Below, piece by piece: positions 31,290-41,130 of a stretch of 58,927 bases of DNA. The notes below the pieces were generated by a model, which did not search any database, was not told the DNA's origin, and saw nothing but the letters and a program-made list of their open reading frames with translations. The position numbers and the translations under genes are program-made. Numbering within the stretch: the first letter of the stretch is position 1; each line of letters opens with the position of its first letter. Origin of the DNA: Desulfobacterales bacterium (GTDB lineage: Bacteria > Desulfobacterota > Desulfobacteria > Desulfobacterales > JAUYIZ01); contig JAUYIZ010000236.1 of the NCBI GenBank assembly GCA_030688615.1, positions 1 to 58,927 of the forward strand. The letters run 5' to 3'.

Positions 31290-32777
31290 ATGGAAATTAT
31301 CATCCAGGCGGTTATCTTCGTTTTCCAATGGCAGAATCTTGCAGCTTTAACGGCGGGCATGGTTTACGGCATCATCATCGGGGTGCTGCCCGGGCTGGGC
31401 CCTTCCGCAGGGATGGCACTGGCAATTCCCCTGATCTTAAAATGGCCGCCGGCCACCGCACTCATCTTCATGGGAGCTCTTTATAAGTGCAGCAACTATG
31501 GCGGCTCCATCACAGCCATCCTGGTCAATACGCCGGGGGATGCATCCAACGCCGCCACCATCCTGGACGGCTATCCGATGTGCGAAAAAGGCAAGGGCAA
31601 CGTGGCATTGGCCATCAGCGCCACTGCGGCCATGGTGGGGGGGACCATCGGGATGATCTGCCTTATTTTTTCAGCGCCCTTTCTGGCAGAATTCGCCCTA
31701 CGCTTCGGGCCGGCGGAATATTTTCTCACCGCCCTGCTGGCCCTCTCGATCATTGCCGCCGTGGTACAGGGCGCCACCATCAAGGGGCTCATTGCAGCCG
31801 GGCTGGGTTTGATGCTTTCCACGGTGGGCTTTGATGTCATCACCGGACATCTTCGTTTCACTTTTGGCGCCGTGACGCTTGAGGATGGCATCCCCCTGAT
31901 CCAGGCCCTGGTGGGCCTCTTTGCGGTAACCCAGGCCCTGGTTCTGGCCGAGAGCGCGGAAACCATCTCCCGCCTCGGCAAGCTTGCCGGCGGTTTCTGG
32001 GAAGGGGTGGCCATTTATTTTAAACATCCTTACACGGTGCTCCGCTCGGCCGCCATCGGTCTTTTTATCGGCGTCCTGCCGGCCGTGGGGCAAAGTTCCG
32101 CCGGCCTGCTGGCCTGGGCCGAGGCAAAAAGGGAATCCAAGCACCCGGAAACTTTTGGCAGCGGAGACCCGGAAGGGGTGATATCCTCAGAAACTTCCAC
32201 CAGCGCCTGCATGCCCGGAGACCTGGTCTGCACGATCGCGCTGGGCATTCCGGGCAGCGTGGGCGCCGCCATCTTCTTAGGCGTCATGATTATTTTCGGG
32301 GTCATCCCGGGCCCACTGGTATTTCAGGAAAAGGCCGATGTGATTTACAGCCTTTTTGTGGCCCTGATTCTCACCTCCTTTCTGATTTTTTTCGCCGGCA
32401 TGACCATTGCCCGGCACTTTGCGGTCGTGACGCTGCTGGCCAATGAAATCATCGTGCCGCTGATTCTGGTCATCAGCCTGCTGGGAAGCTTTGCCATCCG
32501 GTATCTGATGGTGGATGTCATCATCAGTCTCATTTTCGGGATTCTGGGATACATCATGTTAAAAGGCGGTTTTACGCCGGTGCCGCTCCTGCTGGGGATG
32601 GTGCTGGGCGAAATGGTGGAAACCAATTACCATCGCGCCCTGATGGTATCCGGCGGTTCTTATGGGATCTTTTTTGCTTCGACAATTTGTAAGATTCTAA
32701 TGTTTTTTACTTTTTTGTCATTAGTGGGGCCTTATCTGGGGCCTGTCTGGAAAAAACTAACCATAGGGGAAAAATGA
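31290..32777 (+). CDS. tctA: Tripartite tricarboxylate transporter permease TctA
   Basis: G.LPGLG, YGGSI.AILVNTPG, DGYPM, LGIPGS. Confidence 0.92.
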   Translation: MEIIIQAVIFVFQWQNLAALTAGMVYGIIIGVLPGLGPSAGMALAIPLILKWPPATALIFMGALYKCSNYGGSITAILVNTPGDASNAATILDGYPMCEKGKGNVALAISATAAMVGGTIGMICLIFSAPFLAEFALRFGPAEYFLTALLALSIIAAVVQGATIKGLIAAGLGLMLSTVGFDVITGHLRFTFGAVTLEDGIPLIQALVGLFAVTQALVLAESAETISRLGKLAGGFWEGVAIYFKHPYTVLRSAAIGLFIGVLPAVGQSSAGLLAWAEAKRESKHPETFGSGDPEGVISSETSTSACMPGDLVCTIALGIPGSVGAAIFLGVMIIFGVIPGPLVFQEKADVIYSLFVALILTSFLIFFAGMTIARHFAVVTLLANEIIVPLILVISLLGSFAIRYLMVDVIISLIFGILGYIMLKGGFTPVPLLLGMVLGEMVETNYHRALMVSGGSYGIFFASTICKILMFFTFLSLVGPYLGPVWKKLTIGEK

Positions 32778-32789
32778 AAGGAGAGAAAA

Positions 32790-33752
32790 ATGGTTAAACA
32801 TTTGTCTAAGTTATTGTTTTTTTTATTTGTTGCGGCAATCGGCCTGCTTCTCGTCTGCCCGTCGGCGGACAGTCAGGATTTTCCGCAGAAACCGGTCAAG
32901 TTAATTGCCACTGCCAGAGCAGGCGGCGGAGAGGACGTAGAGGCCCGTGCGGTCGCCCCCTTTCTTGAAAAGCAGTTAGGGGTAAGCGTTCAGGTCGAGA
33001 ATCAGCCCGGGGCAGGCGGAAAGATCGCCTTTGAAAAATTTCAGAAGACCGAACCGGACGGCTACTCGCTGATCGTCACGACCTTTCCCAAAAGCATCAT
33101 CATTGAATATATGGGAAAGGTCGGGTATAAAACGGCGGACTTTACCTCGGTATTTTCCTGGTCCCGCGGCAATCAGCTCCTGGTGGTACATGGGGACAGC
33201 TGGAAGACATTCGATGAGTTTTTAAAAGCAGCCAAGGCAAAAACGCTTGCCGGCGGTCTTTCGGGCAGGGGCAGCACCACCCATCTGGCCGGGCTGGTGG
33301 CGGTGGATGAACTGGGGATCAAGGTCAACTGGGTCCCCTATGAGGGCGCCGCCGGGAGCGTTGCCGCCCTGGCCGGCAAACACCTTGATTTTACGATTTG
33401 TCTGGCGACCTCGGCCGTTCCTCTGATCCGGTCCGGCAAGTTAAGACCCCTCATGCTCTTTGGGGACAAACGTGATCCCTATCTTCCCGATGTCCCCATC
33501 CCGGCGGATTTGGGATTCAATATCACAGCTCTTCCGGCCATGCGTATCGCGCAGGCCCCGCCCAAAACCCCGCCAGCCATCGTAAAGAGGCTGGAAGATG
33601 CCTTTAGCAAGGTCGTGCAGGAACCCGGGTTTATTGAATGGGCTAAAAAAAGGCGGGCGGTCCTGCATCCCACCGGTTCACAGGAATTGGCCAAAATCGT
33701 AACCATGACGTATTCCAAAGTGGAAAAATTCCAGGAGATGTTCAAGAAGTAA
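32790..33752 (+). CDS. tctC: Tripartite tricarboxylate transporter substrate-binding protein (TctC/Bug)
   Basis: FPQKPV, AGGG.D..AR, VENQPGAGG, PDGYSL, VPYEG, PDVP. Confidence 0.9.
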   Translation: MVKHLSKLLFFLFVAAIGLLLVCPSADSQDFPQKPVKLIATARAGGGEDVEARAVAPFLEKQLGVSVQVENQPGAGGKIAFEKFQKTEPDGYSLIVTTFPKSIIIEYMGKVGYKTADFTSVFSWSRGNQLLVVHGDSWKTFDEFLKAAKAKTLAGGLSGRGSTTHLAGLVAVDELGIKVNWVPYEGAAGSVAALAGKHLDFTICLATSAVPLIRSGKLRPLMLFGDKRDPYLPDVPIPADLGFNITALPAMRIAQAPPKTPPAIVKRLEDAFSKVVQEPGFIEWAKKRRAVLHPTGSQELAKIVTMTYSKVEKFQEMFKK

Positions 33753-33759
33753 ACCGCAG

Positions 33760-33804
33760 CAGCGAGCGCACGCCCCGTGCCAAGCCAAGGGGAAGCGCTC
33801 GCTG
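33760..33804. terminator. GC-rich hairpin between convergent genes
   Basis: 10-bp perfect IR CAGCGAGCGC / GCGCTCGCTG; no U-tract. Confidence 0.4.
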
Positions 33805-33880
33805 TCGGCCGCAGGAATCCTTTCAGCCGATCCGGTGGATTTTCATGAAATTGGCCCGGTTTCCCAGAACCGGCGGAGCC

Positions 33881-34372
33881 CTAAGGCTGGCGCATCGTTT
33901 CCGGCGCCGGTTCCACCTGCTCCCAGCGCGAGCCTCGATCCACTCCGAGAGTGTGTACCAGATTGGGTTCGCAGGCAAACAGCAGCGCTTCTTCGGCACT
34001 GTCGTTGATGTGCTGGAAAACCACGCCTTCCGGGCGCAGCGGCAGCATGAGCAGATCCTCTGCCTTCCAGGCGATCTGCTCACCATCCAAAATCGTGCGG
34101 CCGTGGCCCTGTATAAAATAGATGAGCATTCCCCCGGGATGCCGTTGAACGCCGCTGCGACCTGCCGGCAAGATTTCCTGGACATAGATGACGTGGCTCT
34201 GGAGAACGTTTTGGTCCATTTTCGGGTGCATATACCACTTGAGCTTTCCGTGGGGGGTGTTTTCCCAGGGAAGGTTTTTACCCCGGGCAACCGCGGTCCC
34301 GCTCTGCGTCCGGCGGCGCTGTTCGTCTCTGATATCCACCAGCATTTGAAAAAAACTCTTGTTGGAATCCAT
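33881..34372 (-). CDS. Cupin domain protein
   Basis: QRH.GG.LIY..QG.G.TILDG....W...DL..LP...GV..QH.N. Confidence 0.8.
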   Translation of the reverse strand: MDSNKSFFQMLVDIRDEQRRRTQSGTAVARGKNLPWENTPHGKLKWYMHPKMDQNVLQSHVIYVQEILPAGRSGVQRHPGGMLIYFIQGHGRTILDGEQIAWKAEDLLMLPLRPEGVVFQHINDSAEEALLFACEPNLVHTLGVDRGSRWEQVEPAPETMRQP

Positions 34373-34383
34373 TGCTTGCTCCC

Positions 34384-34872
34384 TTATTCCCTGTAGTCGG
34401 GCGAGGTGTCCTTCTGAGTGATCGAACTGGCCAGATAGTCCTTGAACGGTCGAAAACTAAAGGCGATCCACCTGACTTCGTGTTCGGGGTCCAGGTTGAA
34501 ATGCTGGTGCTCCACCCCGCCGGGTTTAATGGGCAGCATGATCAGGTCTCCTGCCTCCCAGTCAAACCGCTGGCCGTCCACGATGCTGTAGCCCTTGCCC
34601 GCGAGCATGTAAATCACGGTCCCGCCCTGATGCACATGTTTGCCCCCCAGAGTCCGGATGCGGTTGGAAAAGACGTTCCAGTCCTGAAGCACAACATCAT
34701 CATTGACTTCCTTTAAGGTATACCATTTGATTAAACCGTGGCGGTTCTGCTCCCACGGGCGGTCTTCGGAGCGGATTAACATTTTTCCCGAACGCTGGCG
34801 GCCGATAAAATCCTGCTGACGTTTCAGGCTTCTGTCATATACGGTGACAGGGTCCTGGCTTTGGTTGGTCAT
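34384..34872 (-). CDS. Cupin domain protein
   Basis: HVHQGG.VIY...GKGYSIVDG.RFDW..GD...LP....V.HQHFN. Confidence 0.85.
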   Translation of the reverse strand: MTNQSQDPVTVYDRSLKRQQDFIGRQRSGKMLIRSEDRPWEQNRHGLIKWYTLKEVNDDVVLQDWNVFSNRIRTLGGKHVHQGGTVIYMLAGKGYSIVDGQRFDWEAGDLIMLPIKPGGVEHQHFNLDPEHEVRWIAFSFRPFKDYLASSITQKDTSPDYRE

Positions 34873-34910
34873 GTGCGCCTCCTTTTAAGGGATGAATAAT
34901 GACGGTTTTG

Positions 34911-35987
34911 CTAAATGAAAATTCCGTCCATATTGATTTTTTCAGCTTCTGCAAACGTCTTCGGCCGCCACTGGGGGTCATTATCCTTGTCCAGCAGCCG
35001 GGACCTGATCCCCTCGAGATAGTCCGGCTGGGTGAGGATGAACCGGGCGGCTTTTTTTTCAATGGCAAAGACCTGTTCCAGGCAGCGTCCCTGGTTGAAC
35101 CGCAACAGCTTCAGCGTTAACTGCGTGGCAATGGGGGATCTTTCGGACAATCGATGGAAAACCCCGTCGCATAGATCGTTGTGAATGCTACACCGGGCAA
35201 GACCGTCCATAATCCGGCTCAGGGACGTTTTCCCTGAAAAGTATTGCCTGACCCATTCATCCAGCTCCGGGTTTGGACGGATATCGTTGGATGACCAGGG
35301 CAGCAGCAGGGCGTTGATCTGATCCAGGGCGCCCTTTTTTTCGCGTCCCGTGAACGCGTTGGCCTTCAGAACGGACAGGGCCCGGTTCACGTTTGCCCGG
35401 GACAGATAGTGAGTTGAAAAACCCAGGCGAAGGGTATCCATACCGGTTATTTCCTGTCCGGTCAATCCCAAATATTCGGGATAGCCTTCGGGACATTTTT
35501 GAAACAGCCATCCCGTGGCGCCGACATCCGGGAAAAAACCGATGCGGGTTTCCGGCATGGCCAGTTGTGTTTTTTCCGTTGCAATGACCGCGTCCGCGCC
35601 GGCGGCCAGGCCCAGGCCGCCTCCCATGGTGATGCCGTCGGCCACGGCCAGAACAGGTTTGGGAAACCGGTGAATGCAAAGGTCCAGGGCGTATTCCTCG
35701 TCAAAAAACTGCATGGCTTCGGGCAGGCGGCCTTCTCTCACGGCAGCAGCCAGGGCCTTGACATCGCCGCCGGCGCAAAATGCCCTGTCCCCGGCGCCCA
35801 TGAGCAGAACCAGCCCGATCTGACTGGAAGCCGCAGCCTGCTCGAGGGCGGCCCGGATTCTTCGGATCATGGGCAGGGTCAGGCTGTTGAGGACATGGGG
35901 CCGATTCAGCACAATGCTCATGGTCTGGTTTTCCACCGTCACGACAACATGGGTTTTTGAATCGAATGAGTCATTCATTTTATGCAA
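34911..35987 (-). CDS. 3-hydroxyisobutyryl-CoA hydrolase-like crotonase
   Basis: AFCAGGD, EEY, GITMGGGLGL, MPETRIGFFPDVG, EGIR..L.DKD..P.W; start may be ATG 35978. Confidence 0.85.
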   Translation of the reverse strand: MHKMNDSFDSKTHVVVTVENQTMSIVLNRPHVLNSLTLPMIRRIRAALEQAAASSQIGLVLLMGAGDRAFCAGGDVKALAAAVREGRLPEAMQFFDEEYALDLCIHRFPKPVLAVADGITMGGGLGLAAGADAVIATEKTQLAMPETRIGFFPDVGATGWLFQKCPEGYPEYLGLTGQEITGMDTLRLGFSTHYLSRANVNRALSVLKANAFTGREKKGALDQINALLLPWSSNDIRPNPELDEWVRQYFSGKTSLSRIMDGLARCSIHNDLCDGVFHRLSERSPIATQLTLKLLRFNQGRCLEQVFAIEKKAARFILTQPDYLEGIRSRLLDKDNDPQWRPKTFAEAEKINMDGIFI

Positions 35988-35988
35988 T

Positions 35989-36091
35989 CATAGAAAACCA
36001 ATTGATAATTTCAATCATACGATGAACTTCCAACAAAGCAAATCCCCTCCGGGGATAACCAAAGCCCGGTCCTCAGGGCCAGGATGTTTAC
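35989..36091. mobile_element. Internally deleted copy of the hairpin-ended element at 37483
   Basis: Same CATAGAAAACC end and 85-bp segment (36007-36091), 80/85 identical to 37692-37776. Confidence 0.7.
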
Positions 36092-36147
36092 CCTGAAAGT
36101 ATATAAATGAAATCCGGATTGATTTCAATCCACCAAAAAGCAATACT

Positions 36148-37458
36148 TCAGCGGGGGTCTTGGTTTTTGGGCAGGGACTGGCGGTAGATCGTCTCGAGTT
36201 CTTGGCACGCTTTATCGAAGGTGTACAGGCAGGTCAGACGAACAAAGCTCTGTTTGACAACCACCCATCCCACCTCCAGGGCGATTCCGAGGGGCGAACC
36301 TTTCCTGAACAACCGGTAAGCCTTCAGGGGCCATTTCACCCAGCGGTAGGCGCCCCATGTCGTTCTGATAAAATTTCGCAGGGATTCGGTCAGTATGCCA
36401 TCGGCGAAAGATTTTATATCGTAAAGCGCTTCAATCCTTATGCCGTGAAATTTTTTTACCAGGGGGACTTTCTCCGTCTCACATATCGATTGGATCCAAG
36501 CCTGGCTCCTTGCCAGAATCGGCCCGAGGGCAGCTTCTTCCAGGGGATGCCCGGCGTCCGGGAAATATTTTTCGGCCACGACGCCGGCTGCTTCCCGCAC
36601 TGCCTGCTGCCAGTCTTTCAGCGTCGGGGTAGAAATAACCATGGCAGTAAAGCCCGCCAATCGACTTCGAATTGCTTTGATCCGGGGGTCTGCGACGCTG
36701 GGTTCTGAAGGCCATAAAGAGTTCAGACCTTCCAGGGTTTCTTCCAGTTCGTCCTCTTGGATCCGAAACGGTTTCCCCTGCTCCTCTTCATCGTAGGCGT
36801 AAATCGCAAGTTTGCCCAGAAACAGGTATACGTCCACCAGCAAGCACCGGGTCAGTGTGAGTATGGTCAATCGGTTCGACAGGTGGGCAACCCATAACAG
36901 GGGGTCGGGCAGAAAAACCAGGCGCAATTGAAAAATTCTCGCAATGGTCTTCTGGTAGCGTCTGTAAAATTTCATGATCCGGTACTTATTTACCCGGCTG
37001 TACCATTCATAAGCCGTACGGATATGGCGGATGCGGACCTGCTTTACCCGCTGAAATCCCGGCCGGTGAAGAATCCGCTCCAACCACTGGACCACTTCCC
37101 GGGCGCAGCTTAATAGCCGGCCGACAGTGATTCTCAGTTCGGGTTTTTCCGCGGATGGATGAAAGCAGGAAGCAATGGAACATAAATATTCCGGCAGGCC
37201 GGCCAATTCTTTCAGCTCCGGCGAGGTGGCCCGCAAGGAGCTCCGGCAATAATCCAGGACGATGGCCAGCGCCTGTTTCCTTTGCTTTCCGGCTGTTTCT
37301 ATTTCGCTTTTCAGGCCGTTTAGCTCATTGCGCAAAGAACGTCGCCAGTTTGAAATACCCCGCATCCGCCAGATGTATATCAAGCTGGCTATCGCAATGG
37401 ATAGGGCGCCATAAGCCAGCAGGCCGCGCATAAATTTCCAGGGTAACCAGGGGTCCAT
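36148..37458 (-). CDS. Hypothetical membrane-anchored helical protein
   Basis: 436-aa ORF with N-terminal TM segment; no recognised motif. Confidence 0.7.
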   Translation of the reverse strand: MDPWLPWKFMRGLLAYGALSIAIASLIYIWRMRGISNWRRSLRNELNGLKSEIETAGKQRKQALAIVLDYCRSSLRATSPELKELAGLPEYLCSIASCFHPSAEKPELRITVGRLLSCAREVVQWLERILHRPGFQRVKQVRIRHIRTAYEWYSRVNKYRIMKFYRRYQKTIARIFQLRLVFLPDPLLWVAHLSNRLTILTLTRCLLVDVYLFLGKLAIYAYDEEEQGKPFRIQEDELEETLEGLNSLWPSEPSVADPRIKAIRSRLAGFTAMVISTPTLKDWQQAVREAAGVVAEKYFPDAGHPLEEAALGPILARSQAWIQSICETEKVPLVKKFHGIRIEALYDIKSFADGILTESLRNFIRTTWGAYRWVKWPLKAYRLFRKGSPLGIALEVGWVVVKQSFVRLTCLYTFDKACQELETIYRQSLPKNQDPR

Positions 37459-37482
37459 TTTTCAAGGGCCTCTTTATTCAGA

Positions 37483-37776
37483 CATAGAAAACCTGGTCCT
37501 TTGGGCCAGGTCAGGGATAGATGGCTCTGCCATGGCGTTTTGGGTATGAAATTACAAATTCCAAGCACCAAATTACAAACAAATCTCAAATTCCAATATT
37601 CAATGACCCCAACCTTCCGGGACGAGACATCGTTTGGATTTTCGAATTTTGGTCATTGGGAATTGTTTGGTATTTGTAATTTGCTATTTGGAATTTCAAT
37701 CATACCATGAACTTCCAACAAAACAAATCCCCTCCGGGGATAACCAAAGCCTGGTCCTGAGGGCCAGGATATTTAC
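37483..37776. mobile_element. Non-autonomous element with IS200/IS605-like subterminal hairpins (PATE-like) carrying inverted heptamer arrays
   Basis: CCTGGTCCTTTGGGCCAGG and CCTGGTCCTGAGGGCCAGG hairpins near the ends; internal AAATTAC/AAATTCC heptamers and their inverse. Confidence 0.65.
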
Positions 37777-37792
37777 TTTCTGCAAGGGTGTT

Positions 37793-38419
37793 TCACATTT
37801 GCCGTGCGAAAGGATTTGTACGCCGTTCCCTGCCGATCGTGGTCTCGGGGCCGTGGCCTGAAAGGACCCGCACGTCATCTCCTAACGGAAACAGCCTGTT
37901 TTGGATACTGGAAATGAGGGTGTCATAATCTCCACCTTGAAAATCGGTGCGTCCGATGGAGCCGGCAAAGAGCGTGTCTCCGGCAAAAACACACGTGTCC
38001 GTGGCAAGTGATACGCCCCCTGGTGTATGTCCGGGGGTATGGATCACTTGCAGTGAGATGTCTCCGACGACAATGACCGCGCCGTCATCGAGGGTTTGAT
38101 CCGGCGGCGGGGAATTTTCCGCGGACAGGCCCCAGACAGAGGCGCTGTCGGACAGTGTTGCCAGCATGTGCGCATCCAGGGCGTGGATTAAAAGGTCGGC
38201 CCGGGTGGCGTCCTTCATTTTCTTGTTCGCAGCCACATGGTCAAAATGGCCATGGGTGTTGATGATATATTTTACCTTTAACCCGGCTTCCGCCAGGGTG
38301 AAAAGTATCCTGTCGGCATCATCCCCCGGATCGATAACCGCAGCCTCTCCGGTTCGTTCACACCCTAAAATAAAGCAGTTTGCCATAATCGGTCCAACGA
38401 CCAGATCCTTGATAATCAA
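37793..38419 (-). CDS. MBL-fold metallo-hydrolase (glyoxalase II/YcbL-like)
   Basis: THGHFDH, HTPGHTPG, GDTLF.GSIGRTD, GHGP.T. Confidence 0.92.
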   Translation of the reverse strand: MIIKDLVVGPIMANCFILGCERTGEAAVIDPGDDADRILFTLAEAGLKVKYIINTHGHFDHVAANKKMKDATRADLLIHALDAHMLATLSDSASVWGLSAENSPPPDQTLDDGAVIVVGDISLQVIHTPGHTPGGVSLATDTCVFAGDTLFAGSIGRTDFQGGDYDTLISSIQNRLFPLGDDVRVLSGHGPETTIGRERRTNPFARQM

Positions 38420-38432
38420 AATATCCTCCCGT

Positions 38433-38461
38433 AACGAAATTGAGCATTTTCCAAAGGTCTC
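38433..38461 (+). repeat. Truncated right end of the type B element
   Basis: AACGAAATTGAGCATTTTCCAAAGGTCTC, near-identical to the end of the 56927 copy. Confidence 0.75.
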
Positions 38462-38708
38462 AGGTTTTTTTCACTCTGTTTTGGGCTTTCGCAATCAGCG
38501 CCACCAGGGTGCCTATCTTCTGTTCCGGCTCGTGATTCAAAAGCGCACTGAAACTGTCTTCCGACAGGTCTGACTTCAGATAGGACACCACATCAAAATG
38601 TTCCCACCAGCAGTCGATAATTTTACCGCAGGGAAGTTCATTGTCGCTGCAATGGCGGCAGTATTGAAATGTCACCGAATGTCCCAGGCGGGGGCATCGG
38701 CGTTTCAT
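38460..38708 (-). CDS. Small Cys-rich hypothetical protein
   Basis: RCPRLGH.V.F.YC.....LPC.KI.DCW; overlaps trpB2 stop (ATGA). Confidence 0.7.
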   Translation of the reverse strand: MKRRCPRLGHSVTFQYCRHCSDNELPCGKIIDCWWEHFDVVSYLKSDLSEDSFSALLNHEPEQKIGTLVALIAKAQNRVKKT

Positions 38709-40081
38709 CGGCTCTTTAAAAGTTGCGGTTTGGGAAATTTCTCGAAAATCTTTTCGGATTCCAGGATATCCTTGTCCGTCAAATCAAAATTCGTCAACGC
38801 TCCGCTGAAATATTTTTCATAAGCCGACAGGTCGAGAAGGCCGTGCCCGCTGAAGTTGACCAGGATCACTTTTTCCTTTCCTTCTTCCTTGGCCTTTTTG
38901 GCTTCATTGATGACTTCAGCCAGGGCATGGGTGGTCTCCGGAGCCGGGATGATTCCTTCCGTTCTGGCAAACAGAACTCCTGCTTCATATGCAGCCAGTT
39001 GCGAAATGGATCGCGGGGTGATGATCCCTTCCGTGATCAGCTGGCTTACGGTGGGCGCCATCCCGTGATACCGGAGTCCTCCGGCGTGAAATGGCGGCGG
39101 CACAAAAGCATGCCCCAGGCTGTGCATCGGCAGCAGCGGCGTATAGCCGGCGGTGTCCCCGTGGTCATAAACAAAGGGCGCCTTGGTCATGGTGGGGCAG
39201 GCAGCGGGCTCGACCGGATAAATTTCAACCGCCTTTCCGTTCATCTTATCCAATACGAAGGGAAAGGCGATACCGGCAAAATTGCTTCCGCCGCCGGCGC
39301 AGCCGATGATCACGTCCGGGTACTTGCCGATTTTGTCCAGTTGTTTCCTGGCTTCAAGCCCGATGATCGTCTGATGCAGCATCACATGATTCAGAACACT
39401 TCCCAGGGAATATCTGGACTCGCCGGTCGTATCGCTCACCGCCGCTTCCACCGCTTCGCTGATGGCAATTCCGAGGCTTCCGGGTGTGTCGGGATCTTTC
39501 TTCAGCGCATCACGGCCGGCGTTGGTTTCCGGGCTGGGACTCGGGATGCAGGTCGCCCCCCAGGTCTCCATCATCGCTTTCCGATACGGTTTCTGATCAA
39601 AGCTGACCCGGACCATAAAGACTTTGCATTCCAGCCCGAACTGGGAACATGCAAAGGCCAGGGCGCTTCCCCACTGGCCGGCGCCGGTTTCCGTGACCAT
39701 TTTTTTGATGCCGAAAGCTTTGTTGTAATATGCCTGGGGGACAGCGGTATTGGGTTTGTGGCTGCCCGGAGGACTCACGCTTTCATTTTTGTAATAAATC
39801 TTTGCCGGGGTGCCCAGAGCTTTTTCAAGGTTAAGTGCCCGGACCAATGGGGATGGACGCCAGATACGCAATATGCCCAACACTTCTTGGGGGATGTCAA
39901 TCCATCTTTGCGTACTTACTTCCTGTTCGATCAAGTTCATGGGAAATACCGGTGCAAGCATTTCGGGACCGATGGGTTTCCCGTCCGGCCCCAGAGGCGG
40001 GTTCATCTTGATGTCGGCTAAAATATTGTACCATTGCCTCGGCATCTCATCTTCGGTCAAAAACACCTTTCTTGCTTCCAT
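38705..40081 (-). CDS. trpB2: TrpB-like PLP enzyme (TrpB2)
   Basis: [34 protein letters not shown]; ATG 40081 with AGGAG RBS. Confidence 0.92.
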   Translation of the reverse strand: MEARKVFLTEDEMPRQWYNILADIKMNPPLGPDGKPIGPEMLAPVFPMNLIEQEVSTQRWIDIPQEVLGILRIWRPSPLVRALNLEKALGTPAKIYYKNESVSPPGSHKPNTAVPQAYYNKAFGIKKMVTETGAGQWGSALAFACSQFGLECKVFMVRVSFDQKPYRKAMMETWGATCIPSPSPETNAGRDALKKDPDTPGSLGIAISEAVEAAVSDTTGESRYSLGSVLNHVMLHQTIIGLEARKQLDKIGKYPDVIIGCAGGGSNFAGIAFPFVLDKMNGKAVEIYPVEPAACPTMTKAPFVYDHGDTAGYTPLLPMHSLGHAFVPPPFHAGGLRYHGMAPTVSQLITEGIITPRSISQLAAYEAGVLFARTEGIIPAPETTHALAEVINEAKKAKEEGKEKVILVNFSGHGLLDLSAYEKYFSGALTNFDLTDKDILESEKIFEKFPKPQLLKSR

Positions 40082-40091
40082 AATCTGCTCC

Positions 40092-40550
40092 TTACATTTG
40101 ATTGGTATGATTGGCGCGATTTTCCCTGTCATTTTCAAGTTCGTTTTTTTCCATGGCGATGCGGATGCTGTCAAGTATGCCGTTGATGAAAGCACCGGAA
40201 TCGTCGTTGCCGTATTTTTTCCCGACATCGATGGCTTCGTTGATGGACACCTTGGGCGGAATATCTTTGCAAAACAGCATTTCAAACACGGCGATCCTGA
40301 TAATGTTCCGGTCCACACAGGACATCCGTTTGATTTTCCAGTGACTGGAAAAACGCTCGATGATCCGGTCGATCCGGGGCTGCATATCCATGACACCCTG
40401 GGATAGCGTATAAAAAAACGGGTCCACTTTTTTTGCAACCATAAAGTTGTTACAGTAAAGTGTCAACATGTCCCCGGAAAGGTTCTGGGCCATGTCCATA
40501 AAAAAGAGGGCCTGCATGGCAAGTTCTCTGGAGCGACGACGACTGCTCAT
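40092..40550 (-). CDS. nusB: Transcription antitermination factor NusB
   Basis: [30 protein letters not shown]. Confidence 0.95.
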   Translation of the reverse strand: MSSRRRSRELAMQALFFMDMAQNLSGDMLTLYCNNFMVAKKVDPFFYTLSQGVMDMQPRIDRIIERFSSHWKIKRMSCVDRNIIRIAVFEMLFCKDIPPKVSINEAIDVGKKYGNDDSGAFINGILDSIRIAMEKNELENDRENRANHTNQM

Positions 40551-40552
40551 GG

Positions 40553-41026
40553 TTACGCTTGGTCGAAAAGTTCGACCAGATTGGCCATTTCAACCGCCGC
40601 CATTGCCGCGCTCCAGCCTTTATTGCCGGCTTTTGTTCCTGCCCGCTCAATGGCCTGCTCGATGGTATCGGTCGTAAGGACGCCAAAGATAACCGGGATT
40701 TGCGATTCCAGGCCCACCATGGCCACCCCCTTGGATACTTCGGCGCTGACGTATTCAAAATGCGGCGTGGCCCCACGGATCACGGCGCCGAGGCAAATAA
40801 CGGCGTGGTAGGTGCCCTTGCAGGCAAGTTTTTTTGCCATGAAGGGGATTTCAAACGACCCGGGCACTTTGACGATTACAATGTCGTCCTCCAAGGCGCC
40901 GGTGCGCAGCAGGGCGTCCACCGCGCCGCTGACGAGCTTGTCCGTGATAAAATCGTTGAATCGGCTGGCGACCAGAGCAAACCTCTTTCCTTTGGCAAGG
41001 AGCTTGGCTTCCATGATTTTGGGCAT
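40553..41026 (-). CDS. ribH: 6,7-dimethyl-8-ribityllumazine synthase
   Basis: [33 protein letters not shown]. Confidence 0.96.
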   Translation of the reverse strand: MPKIMEAKLLAKGKRFALVASRFNDFITDKLVSGAVDALLRTGALEDDIVIVKVPGSFEIPFMAKKLACKGTYHAVICLGAVIRGATPHFEYVSAEVSKGVAMVGLESQIPVIFGVLTTDTIEQAIERAGTKAGNKGWSAAMAAVEMANLVELFDQA

Positions 41027-41130
41027 ACGTTCCCTCCTGATTTTGTGATGATTTCCTGATGCCTGCGACCTGAATTACCTTAAAACTTAAATCTTAAAAC
41101 TTAAACCTCGAACTTTAGTTCGTTATTATT

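Noticed and set aside
37547-37697. Possible CRISPR array
   Set aside because: 7-bp degenerate units without unique spacers; no cas genes in the window.
38705-40081. trpB without trpA
   Set aside because: Stand-alone TrpB2 is a well-known family.
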